This document shows, piece after piece, positions 44,619 to 54,085 of a stretch of 64,000 bases of DNA. This stretch comes from Escherichia coli (lineage in GTDB: Bacteria; Pseudomonadota; Gammaproteobacteria; Enterobacterales; Enterobacteriaceae). How positions within the stretch are numbered: the first letter of the stretch is position 1; each line of letters opens with the position of its first letter. The translations under genes were made by a program, and so were the position numbers. Under the pieces are notes generated by a model, which had not been told where the DNA came from, ran no database searches, and saw only the letters and a list, made by a program, of their open reading frames with translations. The stretch lies in assembly GCF_011045215.1 (NCBI RefSeq), contig NZ_CP049201.1. The stretch is one strand, 5' to 3'.

Positions 44619-45638
44619 ATGTCAATTTTAGTTACCGGAGGTTGTGGTTATATAGGTGTCCACACAATTTATACGTTAATTTCTCAGGGCTACGATGTTA
44701 TTGTACTGGATAACCTGACTAACTCATCAATAGAGTCATTAGAGAGAGTCAAGTTAATGACAAATCATAACATACCCTTTTATAAAGGAGATGTGGGGAA
44801 TAAAAAAATATTGGTAGACATATTCAATGAGCATCAAATAAAAGCGGTTATGCATTTTGCAGGCTTGAAATCAGTAAGTGAATCTATAAAAAAACCGATT
44901 GAATATTATTCAAGTAACGTAATGCAAACGTTATCACTAATATCTACAATGATAGAGTATAACGTAAAAAGCTTTATCTTTAGTTCATCTGCTACTGTAT
45001 ATGGTAAACCAAAGTTATGCCCTATAAATGAAACTCATCCTATTGGCAAAACTACAAATCCTTATGGAACATCAAAATTAATGATGGAGTTAATGTTGTC
45101 TGATTTGTGTAATGCATATGATGATTTTAATGTGACAATTTTACGATATTTTAATCCAATTGGTGCTCATGAATCAGGTAATATTGGTGAACATCCAAAC
45201 GGTATACCAAATAACCTATTTCCTTATCTTACAAAAGTTGCTATTGGAGAGTATCCTTATTTAAAAGTGTATGGTTGTGATTACCCAACGTCTGATGGTT
45301 CTGGTGTTCGAGATTATATTCATGTAGTTGATCTTGCTGAAGCACATGTAAAAGCTTTATCAAAAAATTCAGAGTCGACTGGGCTAAAAATTTATAATTT
45401 AGGAACCGGAAAAGGATATTCTGTACTCGAAGTTATAGAAGCTTTTGAAAAGATAACTGGAATCAAAATACCATATAAAATTATGCCTCGAAGGGATGGT
45501 GATGTTGCGGAGTGTTGGTCTGATAGCACGAAGGCAAATGATAAATTAGAATGGAAAGCAAACAGAGAATTATATGACATGATTAGAGACGCTTGGAATT
45601 GGCAATCAAAAAATCCTCATGGTTATGATAATACATGA
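44619..45638 (+). CDS. UDP-hexose 4-epimerase, GalE family
   Basis: Start taken at ATG 44619 after ggag RBS (track begins at TTG 44601); ILVTGGCGYIG Rossmann motif and YGTSK catalytic motif; AT-rich codon usage. Confidence 0.8.
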   Translation: MSILVTGGCGYIGVHTIYTLISQGYDVIVLDNLTNSSIESLERVKLMTNHNIPFYKGDVGNKKILVDIFNEHQIKAVMHFAGLKSVSESIKKPIEYYSSNVMQTLSLISTMIEYNVKSFIFSSSATVYGKPKLCPINETHPIGKTTNPYGTSKLMMELMLSDLCNAYDDFNVTILRYFNPIGAHESGNIGEHPNGIPNNLFPYLTKVAIGEYPYLKVYGCDYPTSDGSGVRDYIHVVDLAEAHVKALSKNSESTGLKIYNLGTGKGYSVLEVIEAFEKITGIKIPYKIMPRRDGDVAECWSDSTKANDKLEWKANRELYDMIRDAWNWQSKNPHGYDNT

Positions 45639-46003
45639 TGTTATAGTATATTCAATGAATATAATTTATGCTTTGGAGTAAAAGTTGTCACAGCGTTTTC
45701 TTGCAGAACTAAGATGTTTTTAGCATAATTAGACACAGAATTAAAAATATTATCAGGCCGTATCAGTACATATCTTCAGTATGCACTATCATATATTAAT
45801 ATGAGAAAATATTTGTATTTAAAATATGATGTTCTAATAAGATTAAATTAACTGCCTAGGATATTAAAAGCTAATTTGGACTAGCTTTATTAGATAAGTA
45901 AATCTAACAAAATATTACTATGTCCGATATGTTATACCACTATTAATGACATCATGTAATATTATTTTAATAAACTATTTTTTGATCGCAGAGGTAATTA
46001 TAA

Positions 46004-46399
46004 ATGAGAAGAGTTATCACCTTTGGAACATTCGACGTGTTTCATATTGGACATGTTAATATATTAAAAAGGGCGAAGGAGTTTGGTGATTTGCTGATTG
46101 TGGGAGTTTCATCCGATTCATTAAATTTTTCTAAAAAACAGCGTTATCCAATCTATAGCCAGGAGGAGCGCATTGAGATTATATCCTCACTTAAGTTTGT
46201 AGATCATGTCTTTATAGAAGAATCTTTAGATCTTAAGTTAGAATATATTAGAAAGTATGAGGCAAATTTACTTGTAATGGGAGATGATTGGAAGGGCAGA
46301 TTTGACTGGGTTAAAGATGAGTGCGAAGTTATTTATTTGCCCAGAACACCATCGATATCAACTACCGAGATTATAGAAATTGTCCGGAGAATAAAATGA
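46004..46399 (+). CDS. Glycerol-3-phosphate cytidylyltransferase (TagD/TarD-like; makes CDP-glycerol)
   Basis: 131 aa; ITFGTFDVFHIGHVNIL (HxGH nucleotidyltransferase motif) and ...MGDDWKGRFDW...EVIYLPRTPSISTTEI, closely resembling Bacillus TagD. Confidence 0.85.
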   Translation: MRRVITFGTFDVFHIGHVNILKRAKEFGDLLIVGVSSDSLNFSKKQRYPIYSQEERIEIISSLKFVDHVFIEESLDLKLEYIRKYEANLLVMGDDWKGRFDWVKDECEVIYLPRTPSISTTEIIEIVRRIK

Positions 46400-46471
46400 T
46401 AACTCATTTGTTGATAGTGATTTATATTGTATAATTAATATTATGTAAAATGATATATATGGCAAATACAA

Positions 46472-47773
46472 ATGACGTCATGTAATAACTTTAAAAAGTA
46501 TAAAACATTATCTTTATTATCCGTGTGTTTATCCTCTATTCGTGTCTTTTTGGGGCCAATAACATTACTTGTACTAGCCAAAAACCTTTCCACTGAGGAA
46601 CTAGGATTTTATTATGCTTTTTTTTCGTTAACAGCAATGGCACAGTTGCTGGAAGTTGGGATGTCTAGCGTATTGAAACAGTATTATAGCCATTCTTATG
46701 CTATTCATGATATCAGTGAAAAAAATATAAAAATATCGAACTATTTTAACTTTTCAATCTATTGGTATTTAATATTATCAATACTTTTTTTTATATTGGG
46801 AGGGGTGGTGTCATATGTTATGTTTAATGATTATAACGGAATAGTTAACTGGAAATTACCATGGTTTTTTTTGCTTTTTGTTTCATGTACTAATTTATTA
46901 GTATTGCCCTTAAATGCAATGCTTGATGGAACACAAAGGCAACAATTATTGATGAAAGCTAATATTGTTAGTCAGTTAATGATAGCGATATCATTATGGC
47001 TGACAATTTATTTAGGCTTGGGGCTATATTCTCTTGGTCTATCACAATTGGTAGGAATATTATTTTTTTTACTGTCAGTTTTTATATTTAATAAATGTAG
47101 ATTCCAGTTCATAGAAATACATAAAAAAAACTTTTCATTTAAAACAGTATTTAATGAGTTGTGGCCGTTATTGAAAAAAACTAGTATCGTATGGTTTCTT
47201 GGTTATTTCTACTGGAACGGTTTTAATATAATATCATTTAAATATCTTGGTGCAGAGATCGCAGGCTTCGTTGGTATGTCGATGTCAATTATGCGAGCGG
47301 GACAGAATATAGCAATATCTATTTTGAATTCTCAGATGACATTGTATGCAAGCAATATTGCGATGGGAAAGATTGATGAAGCAAGAAGAGTATTTAAGAA
47401 ATATTTTATCATTTCATTTTTGTTATTAATTTCTGGTTACTCAATATTTTATATTTTCTATTATGTTAAGCCTGATTTTTTCTTGTTTAAGAAGGTCCTG
47501 CCCTTAGAACAAATGATTTATGTGTCAATATTTTTTGCCTTTACATTTATAATATCAGGAACTGAAACTTTTATTCGTTGTTTTAAAGTGGAGAAGTTCG
47601 TTATCACTCAGACAATCAATTCAATTTTAACTCCATTCTTATTTGTTTTGGGGCTTAACTTGCATTATCAATATTTTTGTTTACCAATAATATCTGTACT
47701 GATAGTGTCAATCTTAACGTTATATATAAGTCGACGTTTTTACACGGGGTATTCGAATGCAAAAAATACTTAA
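46472..47773 (+). CDS. wzx: O-antigen flippase Wzx (polysaccharide biosynthesis protein family)
   Basis: 433 aa, many predicted TM helices; N-terminal Wzx-like segment FLGPITLLVLAKNLSTEELGFYY. Confidence 0.7.
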   Translation: MTSCNNFKKYKTLSLLSVCLSSIRVFLGPITLLVLAKNLSTEELGFYYAFFSLTAMAQLLEVGMSSVLKQYYSHSYAIHDISEKNIKISNYFNFSIYWYLILSILFFILGGVVSYVMFNDYNGIVNWKLPWFFLLFVSCTNLLVLPLNAMLDGTQRQQLLMKANIVSQLMIAISLWLTIYLGLGLYSLGLSQLVGILFFLLSVFIFNKCRFQFIEIHKKNFSFKTVFNELWPLLKKTSIVWFLGYFYWNGFNIISFKYLGAEIAGFVGMSMSIMRAGQNIAISILNSQMTLYASNIAMGKIDEARRVFKKYFIISFLLLISGYSIFYIFYYVKPDFFLFKKVLPLEQMIYVSIFFAFTFIISGTETFIRCFKVEKFVITQTINSILTPFLFVLGLNLHYQYFCLPIISVLIVSILTLYISRRFYTGYSNAKNT

Positions 47774-48929
47774 GTATATAATGAAATTAATGATGTGGAG
47801 TATTTATCCTATCGGTTTTTTAATTAAAAGGGATAAAAGCATTTGGCTTTTCGGTAGTTATAGCGGTTTTACTGATAATAGTCGATATTTATTTGAATCT
47901 ACCACTAAAAAGAATGATGTAAGATGCATTTGGATATCTGATGATATAAAGCTGATAAAAAAAATTAGATGTAAAGGTTATGAGGCATATTACAAATATA
48001 GTGTTAAAGGTATATATTTTTGTTATATTGCAAAGGTGTATATATATTCAAATTATGTATCAACGATAAACTTTTATACATCTGCAGGCGCGGTATTGGT
48101 AAATTTATGGCATGGGACGCCACTTAAAAAAATCGAATATGATATATCTAAATCTCCTTTATTTAATTATTTTAAAGGAGCCTCATTTATAATTAAAATA
48201 TTGATGCCTGAGAAACATAAAAAGTGTAATTTCATTCTTGCTCCGAGTCAATTTGTTTATGATTATTCATTTAAAAGTGCATTTAGGGTGTATGATATGC
48301 AATATGCCATTATTGCTGATCCACCTAGGATATCTAATCTCTTATCAAGAGCCTATCACAAAGTGAATAATGATAAGAATTCAATTAAAAAAACAAAGAA
48401 AACATTTTTATATGCACCAACATGGAGAGATGATCGCTCGGATTTTATAAGTATTTCAGGTTTAAATTTCAACGAAATTAATAATTTTCTATTAAAAAAT
48501 AACGCGTATTTACAAATCAGGTTGCATCCTAATACAACTTTAAATATTGATATGAGTGAAATGGAAAATATTCACATTGTTGATAATTATGAACCAGCTG
48601 AAGATAGTATGCTAAATTCTGATTTTCTCATAACTGATTACTCTTCAATATATTTTGACTACCTCTATCTTAATAGACCTATAATCTTCTTCCCATTTGA
48701 TCTTGAAAAATATACCGCATCGCGTGATTTTTATTTGAGTTATAACGAAGCAACTCCAGGGGTTAAAGTATATAATCAAGGTGAATTAATCCAGGAGATG
48801 GATAACCTATTGAAGGGCATTGACAATTGGATGAACTATCGAAAGGAGCTTGCTGAAAAATTCTGTTCGCTCGAAAGACGTAACGATGATTATATCATAA
48901 AAAAAATTAAAAAAGGTGTATCTGAATGA
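47757..48929 (+). CDS. CDP-glycerol glycerophosphotransferase (TagF/TagB-like)
   Basis: 390 aa; YAPTWRDD motif typical of the TagF family; directly downstream of the tagD-like gene. Confidence 0.7.
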   Translation: MQKILKYIMKLMMWSIYPIGFLIKRDKSIWLFGSYSGFTDNSRYLFESTTKKNDVRCIWISDDIKLIKKIRCKGYEAYYKYSVKGIYFCYIAKVYIYSNYVSTINFYTSAGAVLVNLWHGTPLKKIEYDISKSPLFNYFKGASFIIKILMPEKHKKCNFILAPSQFVYDYSFKSAFRVYDMQYAIIADPPRISNLLSRAYHKVNNDKNSIKKTKKTFLYAPTWRDDRSDFISISGLNFNEINNFLLKNNAYLQIRLHPNTTLNIDMSEMENIHIVDNYEPAEDSMLNSDFLITDYSSIYFDYLYLNRPIIFFPFDLEKYTASRDFYLSYNEATPGVKVYNQGELIQEMDNLLKGIDNWMNYRKELAEKFCSLERRNDDYIIKKIKKGVSE

Positions 48930-49732
48930 ATCTTGGTAAAATTATAAATTATATAGAGTCTAAGGTTATTAGTATAAATTTTGATTTCAATCATTTAGCT
49001 GGCTATTTAAGTCGTGATGAGCGAGATAAAATAACCTTAAAACATCTAAGCAGTATTATTGATAGAAGAAAAAAACATCCATCTGTTTCTGCTATATACA
49101 GAGTGAAAAATGGAGCTCAATTTATTGAACTATCTATTCTTTCAATAGCTGCATTTTGTCGTGAAATAATTATTGTAGACAATAATTCAACAGATGATAC
49201 TTTACTAATAGTAGAACGTCTTAAAAGCGAACTTCAGGAAATATGTGAAATTAAAATCTATCAGTATACTAGTCAGGTCGCTTTGGCGGGTAAGAATTAT
49301 AATGATGAAATCAGAAAATATCCTGAGCGGTCATTGGCAAAATATTATAACTATGCTTTTTCATTGGCAACATCGGAATTCTTAATGAAGTGTGATGCTC
49401 ATTATATATTCACACCTGCGGGTATAGATAGTATACAACGAAAATTAATTTCAAATCATAAGTCAGTTGATGTTATATGTTATCGTGGCACCGAAGTATT
49501 TGGAGCCATGTTAGATTGTGAACCCTATCTAATACGGAAAAATAGTTTTAAATATTACGACACTCAATATTTTGAACGTTTGACATTAAACAAGAAGAGA
49601 AGTTTTATTCAAAAAATTAAAGGGAGAATTTCATCACCTTGCTTTATACATGTTAAACGTTTGAGTTATGTTAAGTCAGTTCATCTATGTGAAATAAACC
49701 CTGTGGAGTATATGTATAAAAATGATAATTAA
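48926..49732 (+). CDS. Putative glycosyltransferase (GT-A fold, family 2-like)
   Basis: 268 aa; SAIYRVKNGAQFIELSILSIAAF...IIVDNNSTDDT resembles the GT2 N-terminal signature; start overlaps previous stop. Confidence 0.55.
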   Translation: MNLGKIINYIESKVISINFDFNHLAGYLSRDERDKITLKHLSSIIDRRKKHPSVSAIYRVKNGAQFIELSILSIAAFCREIIIVDNNSTDDTLLIVERLKSELQEICEIKIYQYTSQVALAGKNYNDEIRKYPERSLAKYYNYAFSLATSEFLMKCDAHYIFTPAGIDSIQRKLISNHKSVDVICYRGTEVFGAMLDCEPYLIRKNSFKYYDTQYFERLTLNKKRSFIQKIKGRISSPCFIHVKRLSYVKSVHLCEINPVEYMYKNDN

Positions 49733-50951
49733 ATTACATAATATTTGCGTAACTGGGAAGAATGATAATCATGACGGGTCTTTTCGCCTACAAATATACT
49801 ATTTCCTATGTATTTTAATATCTATTCTATTTTTCAGTGCATACCCTTTGGTATCGTTACCTCTTATAGCTCTTTCAAGTCCATTTGTTAATAACTATGC
49901 AAGATGGACTATGTCACTATTAATGATTTTTTATTTTATTTTATTATACTCATCTATTACGCCTTTTTCAGACATAGCAGAGTATATGCTTATCTATAGA
50001 GGAGTAACCGATGTTGATATATTTAGTTTTGGTAGGTTTGGTGGTGGAATCGAGATCTTCATATTAGCTCTCATGCGCTTGGTGTATTTTATATCCGATG
50101 GCAATGAATATCTTTTTTTATTTTTTTGCTTTACTATTATTCAAATATTTCTTTTTGTATTTTGTTATCGTGTTAATCGTCGTTTATCATGTTTATATTT
50201 TTTAGTATTTAATCTTTCATATGCTTATTATTCTTTTAATGCATATTTTTTACGAAGCATGTTATCCGCGGTTTTTTTAATTAATGCCTTTTTGTTTATT
50301 TCTAAAAAAAAGTATGTGTATTATTTTTTTGCAATTATATCGCATTTGTCATCCGTCCTATATATAGGAGTATGGGAATATTTAAGGGCAAGAAATAAAA
50401 AATTAAAAATATGGGTTGCTAGTATGGCAACTGTAACTATTATATGTTGTTTTATTTTTTTGCGAGATAGGATTGAATTTTATTTATTTAAAAGCTCTGG
50501 AAATTCGATGGGGTATGTACAAGTTGTAACCATTGCTTTTAATTATATTTTGTGTTTGTTGTTATTATTCTTTTCAAATGCAAGAAAAGAATTGTCAACT
50601 CAAAGAATAATATTGTTTTTGACTTTTTTCTTTATCTTGGCCTTGGTAACTTATAAAATACCACAAAATTTTGGGATAAGAATCTCTATTTTGCTTTACG
50701 CACTATCACCGTTTTTCTTGTATCCACTTCTTACCTCCTGCAATGTAACAATATTAAATAAGATCAAATCGTTGTCTCTTTATATGATTGTTAACTGTTG
50801 CTTTCTCTTTGTTGTGTTATATAAGGGCGATGATATTTCAAATCACATGCGTTCAAATCCATTAGATACTAGTTTTATTGATTTATTAATAAAGGACATA
50901 GATTATTTTGTTAAAGGATATTATCCAGTAATATATTCTAGAGACGAATAA
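49722..50951 (+). CDS. wzy: O-antigen polymerase Wzy (putative)
   Basis: 409 aa, very hydrophobic and F/Y/I/L-rich polytopic membrane protein with no strong family signature, as is typical for Wzy. Confidence 0.6.
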   Translation: MIIKLHNICVTGKNDNHDGSFRLQIYYFLCILISILFFSAYPLVSLPLIALSSPFVNNYARWTMSLLMIFYFILLYSSITPFSDIAEYMLIYRGVTDVDIFSFGRFGGGIEIFILALMRLVYFISDGNEYLFLFFCFTIIQIFLFVFCYRVNRRLSCLYFLVFNLSYAYYSFNAYFLRSMLSAVFLINAFLFISKKKYVYYFFAIISHLSSVLYIGVWEYLRARNKKLKIWVASMATVTIICCFIFLRDRIEFYLFKSSGNSMGYVQVVTIAFNYILCLLLLFFSNARKELSTQRIILFLTFFFILALVTYKIPQNFGIRISILLYALSPFFLYPLLTSCNVTILNKIKSLSLYMIVNCCFLFVVLYKGDDISNHMRSNPLDTSFIDLLIKDIDYFVKGYYPVIYSRDE

Positions 50952-51238
50952 GGGACATTGTTTAGATGTGCAAGGTGGAAATGTATCAAAGAAAATTGTA
51001 GTTACTACAGTAACAGTTACTTTGTAAAGTATATTTCGGTAAAACCTGCAATAACCAAGGGCGCTAAACTCCCTAACAACTCCGCTAATGGAATTAGAAT
51101 TAGAGAGTGACGAGTTTAAATATGAGAGTTTAGGGTAATAGAACAAATTTTTAAGTTTATAGAGTAAGAACAGATTAAGTTAAGTTTGCTTATTTTATAA
51201 TAAGCTCTTTCTTAAACCATATATAGTATTATCTACAA

Positions 51239-51961
51239 TTGAGTGATATCAAATTGAATATTGAGATCGGTTTATCAGCGCTGAATTCAGGAATTTATAA
51301 AATTAAATTTCGTAATGATTATAATTATCTTATTATTCATCAGATTACTGATGAATGTGATTACTCTGATTATGTGGCATCTTTCCCTGAAAATGTTAGA
51401 TACATATCTTCATATGAGTCTGGGTTGTCCAAAAGTCGAAATATGGCCATTGAAAATGCAAAATACGATTATCTTTGGTTAATGGATGATGATATGGAAA
51501 TAGATGATGCGGCTTGGGATTATCTGACGAAATTTATTAGTGATTATAAAAATAGTCCTTTGCTGGTTGTTTCTCATTCATTGGCAAAAAAGTATAATAA
51601 TGAAAAAGAGAGGATTAAAAGATTGAATCCTATAACTGCTGCGGGAATTTGTTCTGTAGATATGATATTAAAAATTTCAGCACTGGACGGTATTAGATTT
51701 AACTCAGATTTTGGGTTAGGAGCTAAATATCCTTCCGGTGAGGAATATATTTTTGCATGTGATTTGATGAGAGCTGGAAAAAAAATATATAAATCTAATA
51801 AAATTTGCTCGAATCATCCTGACACGACTTCTAGTGATAAAACATATCCAAATAAAGACGCTTTTAGTACGAAGAAGAAAATGTTTAAAGTCGCAAATGG
51901 GAAATACTTAGGGAGCATTTTGTATATTGCTTTTGTTGTCAAAAAATTACTATATAAATAA
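51239..51961 (+). CDS. Putative glycosyltransferase family 2 (possible TTG start)
   Basis: 240 aa; DxD-like motif in KYDYLWLMDDDMEIDD; ORF opens right after an in-frame stop at 51224 and first in-frame start is TTG 51239, so start is uncertain. Confidence 0.55.
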   Translation: MSDIKLNIEIGLSALNSGIYKIKFRNDYNYLIIHQITDECDYSDYVASFPENVRYISSYESGLSKSRNMAIENAKYDYLWLMDDDMEIDDAAWDYLTKFISDYKNSPLLVVSHSLAKKYNNEKERIKRLNPITAAGICSVDMILKISALDGIRFNSDFGLGAKYPSGEEYIFACDLMRAGKKIYKSNKICSNHPDTTSSDKTYPNKDAFSTKKKMFKVANGKYLGSILYIAFVVKKLLYK

Positions 51962-52005
51962 TAATTTACATAATTTTATTTTTATATAATCTATTTATTG
52001 TCTAG

Positions 52006-53052
52006 ATGCCTATGAAAAAAGTATATATTTTTATTGATGATATATCCCGTTCCGGTGGCACAGAACGAGTTGCGACATTTCTCTCTAATCAAATGTTTTT
52101 ATCCGGATTTTCAGTCACACTAATATCATTAGCATTAGAAGGAGGGAATACATACTATCCGCTGCAACCCGGAGTCAAGTTAGAGGTTTTAAGTGAATCA
52201 ACATTATACGAATTGTTTCTTTTTTTAAGAAAAAATTCATGTGATGTGTTGATTTCTGTTTCCATGGGTAGTTTATCGTTTAAGCTTGCATGTTTACATT
52301 TTCTATTACGATTAAAATCTCGTCTTATTTTAAGTGAGCATGTGGCTTTTGAATCCTCATCAAAGTTCATTCGTTCTCTAAAATGGTTAAGCTATCAATT
52401 CGCTGATGATCTTGTATTATTGACAAAGCATGATTATAAATTGCTTAAGTCAAATGTTAGGGCTCATACTCACGTTATCAATAATGCTAGTGGTTTCGAA
52501 CAATTATCTGAATCTGTTCTTATTCAAAAGCAAAAGATAGTATTAGCAGTGGGACGTTTAACTTATCAGAAGGGGTTTGATAGGTTAATTCGTATTTGGG
52601 CTTCCATATCGGACAATCACGGTTGGGTTTTACGGATCGTAGGGGATGGAGAATTGCGTTCAGAACTACAAAAAATGATTGTTGACCTGAATGTTACACA
52701 TAATGTCCAACTTATACCAGCAACAAAATGTATAGAACAAGAATATACTAATGCAGCTATATTAGCTATGACTTCTCGCTATGAAGGACTACCATTGGTT
52801 CTTATAGAGGCTAAATCTTTTGGATTAGCAGCAGTCGCTTTTGATTGTAAAACAGGTCCTGCTGAAATTATTCATCACAAAAAAGATGGGTTCTTGATTA
52901 CTGAAGATAATGAACCTGAATTTTCATATCGTCTTCAGTCTTTAATGATCGATGATGTTTATCGAAACAAAATACAAAGTATGGCCTTAAGAAATGCTAA
53001 TGATTATTCTGTTGAAAAAATAAGTCGGCAGTGGTTGGAGTTAATATCATGA
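52006..53052 (+). CDS. Glycosyltransferase family 4 (GT-B fold)
   Basis: 348 aa; C-terminal motif RYEGLPLVLIEAKSFGLAAVAFDCKTGPAEII typical of GT4 donor-binding region. Confidence 0.75.
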   Translation: MPMKKVYIFIDDISRSGGTERVATFLSNQMFLSGFSVTLISLALEGGNTYYPLQPGVKLEVLSESTLYELFLFLRKNSCDVLISVSMGSLSFKLACLHFLLRLKSRLILSEHVAFESSSKFIRSLKWLSYQFADDLVLLTKHDYKLLKSNVRAHTHVINNASGFEQLSESVLIQKQKIVLAVGRLTYQKGFDRLIRIWASISDNHGWVLRIVGDGELRSELQKMIVDLNVTHNVQLIPATKCIEQEYTNAAILAMTSRYEGLPLVLIEAKSFGLAAVAFDCKTGPAEIIHHKKDGFLITEDNEPEFSYRLQSLMIDDVYRNKIQSMALRNANDYSVEKISRQWLELIS

Positions 53053-53837
53053 GTAGTTATGAAACAGTATCTATAATCATGCCTACGTTTAATGCTGCAT
53101 CTTATATTTCGTATAGCATCATTTCTGTAATTGAACAATCATATAATGATTGGCATTTATATATAATAGATGATGGTTCAACTGACAATACCGCACATGA
53201 AATATCTAATTTTACCGATCTGCGAATAACATATGTAATGCTTCCTATCAATAGTGGAGTTGCAAATGCTAGAAATATAGGTATTAAAATGGCAAAAGGG
53301 AAATTTATTGCGTTTCTTGATAGTGATGACATTTGGGAAAAAGAAAAATTATCCTTGCAAATCCCTTTACTCGAAAAAGGATATGATGTAGTTTGTTCAA
53401 ATTATGCCATTTTTAAAAATGAACCAAAAAAAATAATCGGTTCTCGAACTGCACCACAACAGATCACCTATTCGCGTTTGTTACGCGGTAATTGTATCGG
53501 CAATTTAACGGGGATTTATAACCGAGAACGACTAGGTAAATGCTTACAGGAAGAATGTGGACATGAAGACTATCTAATGTGGTTACAGTTGGTAAAGCTT
53601 TCTGGTAGCGCTTATTGCATACAGAAAAATTTAGCCCGGTATCGAGTTACGGAACATTCAGTATCATCAAATAAATTAAAAGCAGCATTTTGGCAATGGA
53701 ATATATATCGTAAAAAACTCAAGCTTAATATTTTGAGCAGTATATATTACTGGTGTAATTATTCTTTTTACGCATTTATGCACATGTTAAAAATGAAGTT
53801 TCATGTGAATAAAAGTAATCTAATATATAAGAGATAA
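53049..53837 (+). CDS. Glycosyltransferase family 2
   Basis: Start set at ATG 53049 (MSSYETVSIIMPTFN; track begins at 53031); classic GT2 N-terminus ...IIDDGSTDNT; ATGA overlap with upstream gene. Confidence 0.8.
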   Translation: MSSYETVSIIMPTFNAASYISYSIISVIEQSYNDWHLYIIDDGSTDNTAHEISNFTDLRITYVMLPINSGVANARNIGIKMAKGKFIAFLDSDDIWEKEKLSLQIPLLEKGYDVVCSNYAIFKNEPKKIIGSRTAPQQITYSRLLRGNCIGNLTGIYNRERLGKCLQEECGHEDYLMWLQLVKLSGSAYCIQKNLARYRVTEHSVSSNKLKAAFWQWNIYRKKLKLNILSSIYYWCNYSFYAFMHMLKMKFHVNKSNLIYKR

Positions 53838-54085
53838 CAAGATATATAGTGTTAATTGTCACCTTCATTATATAAAGTAGATTAATTTGCGATGGTGACT
53901 TTTACATTAACATCGAAGTAAATATTGAGATAAATATTATACAATATTAATAATATGTTATGAATTTAAATTTTATTTTGAATTGCCCAATAATATTTTT
54001 TTAAATTATTACTTTAAGTAGTCATTTTAGGTTAATATATTACCGTTAAGCAAACCATGCAGTATATTACTGACAGGAGTAAACA

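Noticed and set aside
43970-54085. Low-GC block as a possible prophage or genomic island
   Set aside because: Every gene is glycan biosynthesis (epimerase, TagD/TagF-like, Wzx, Wzy, glycosyltransferases), there is no integrase, tRNA or direct-repeat boundary, and it lies at the canonical galF-gnd O-antigen locus preceded by a JUMPstart.
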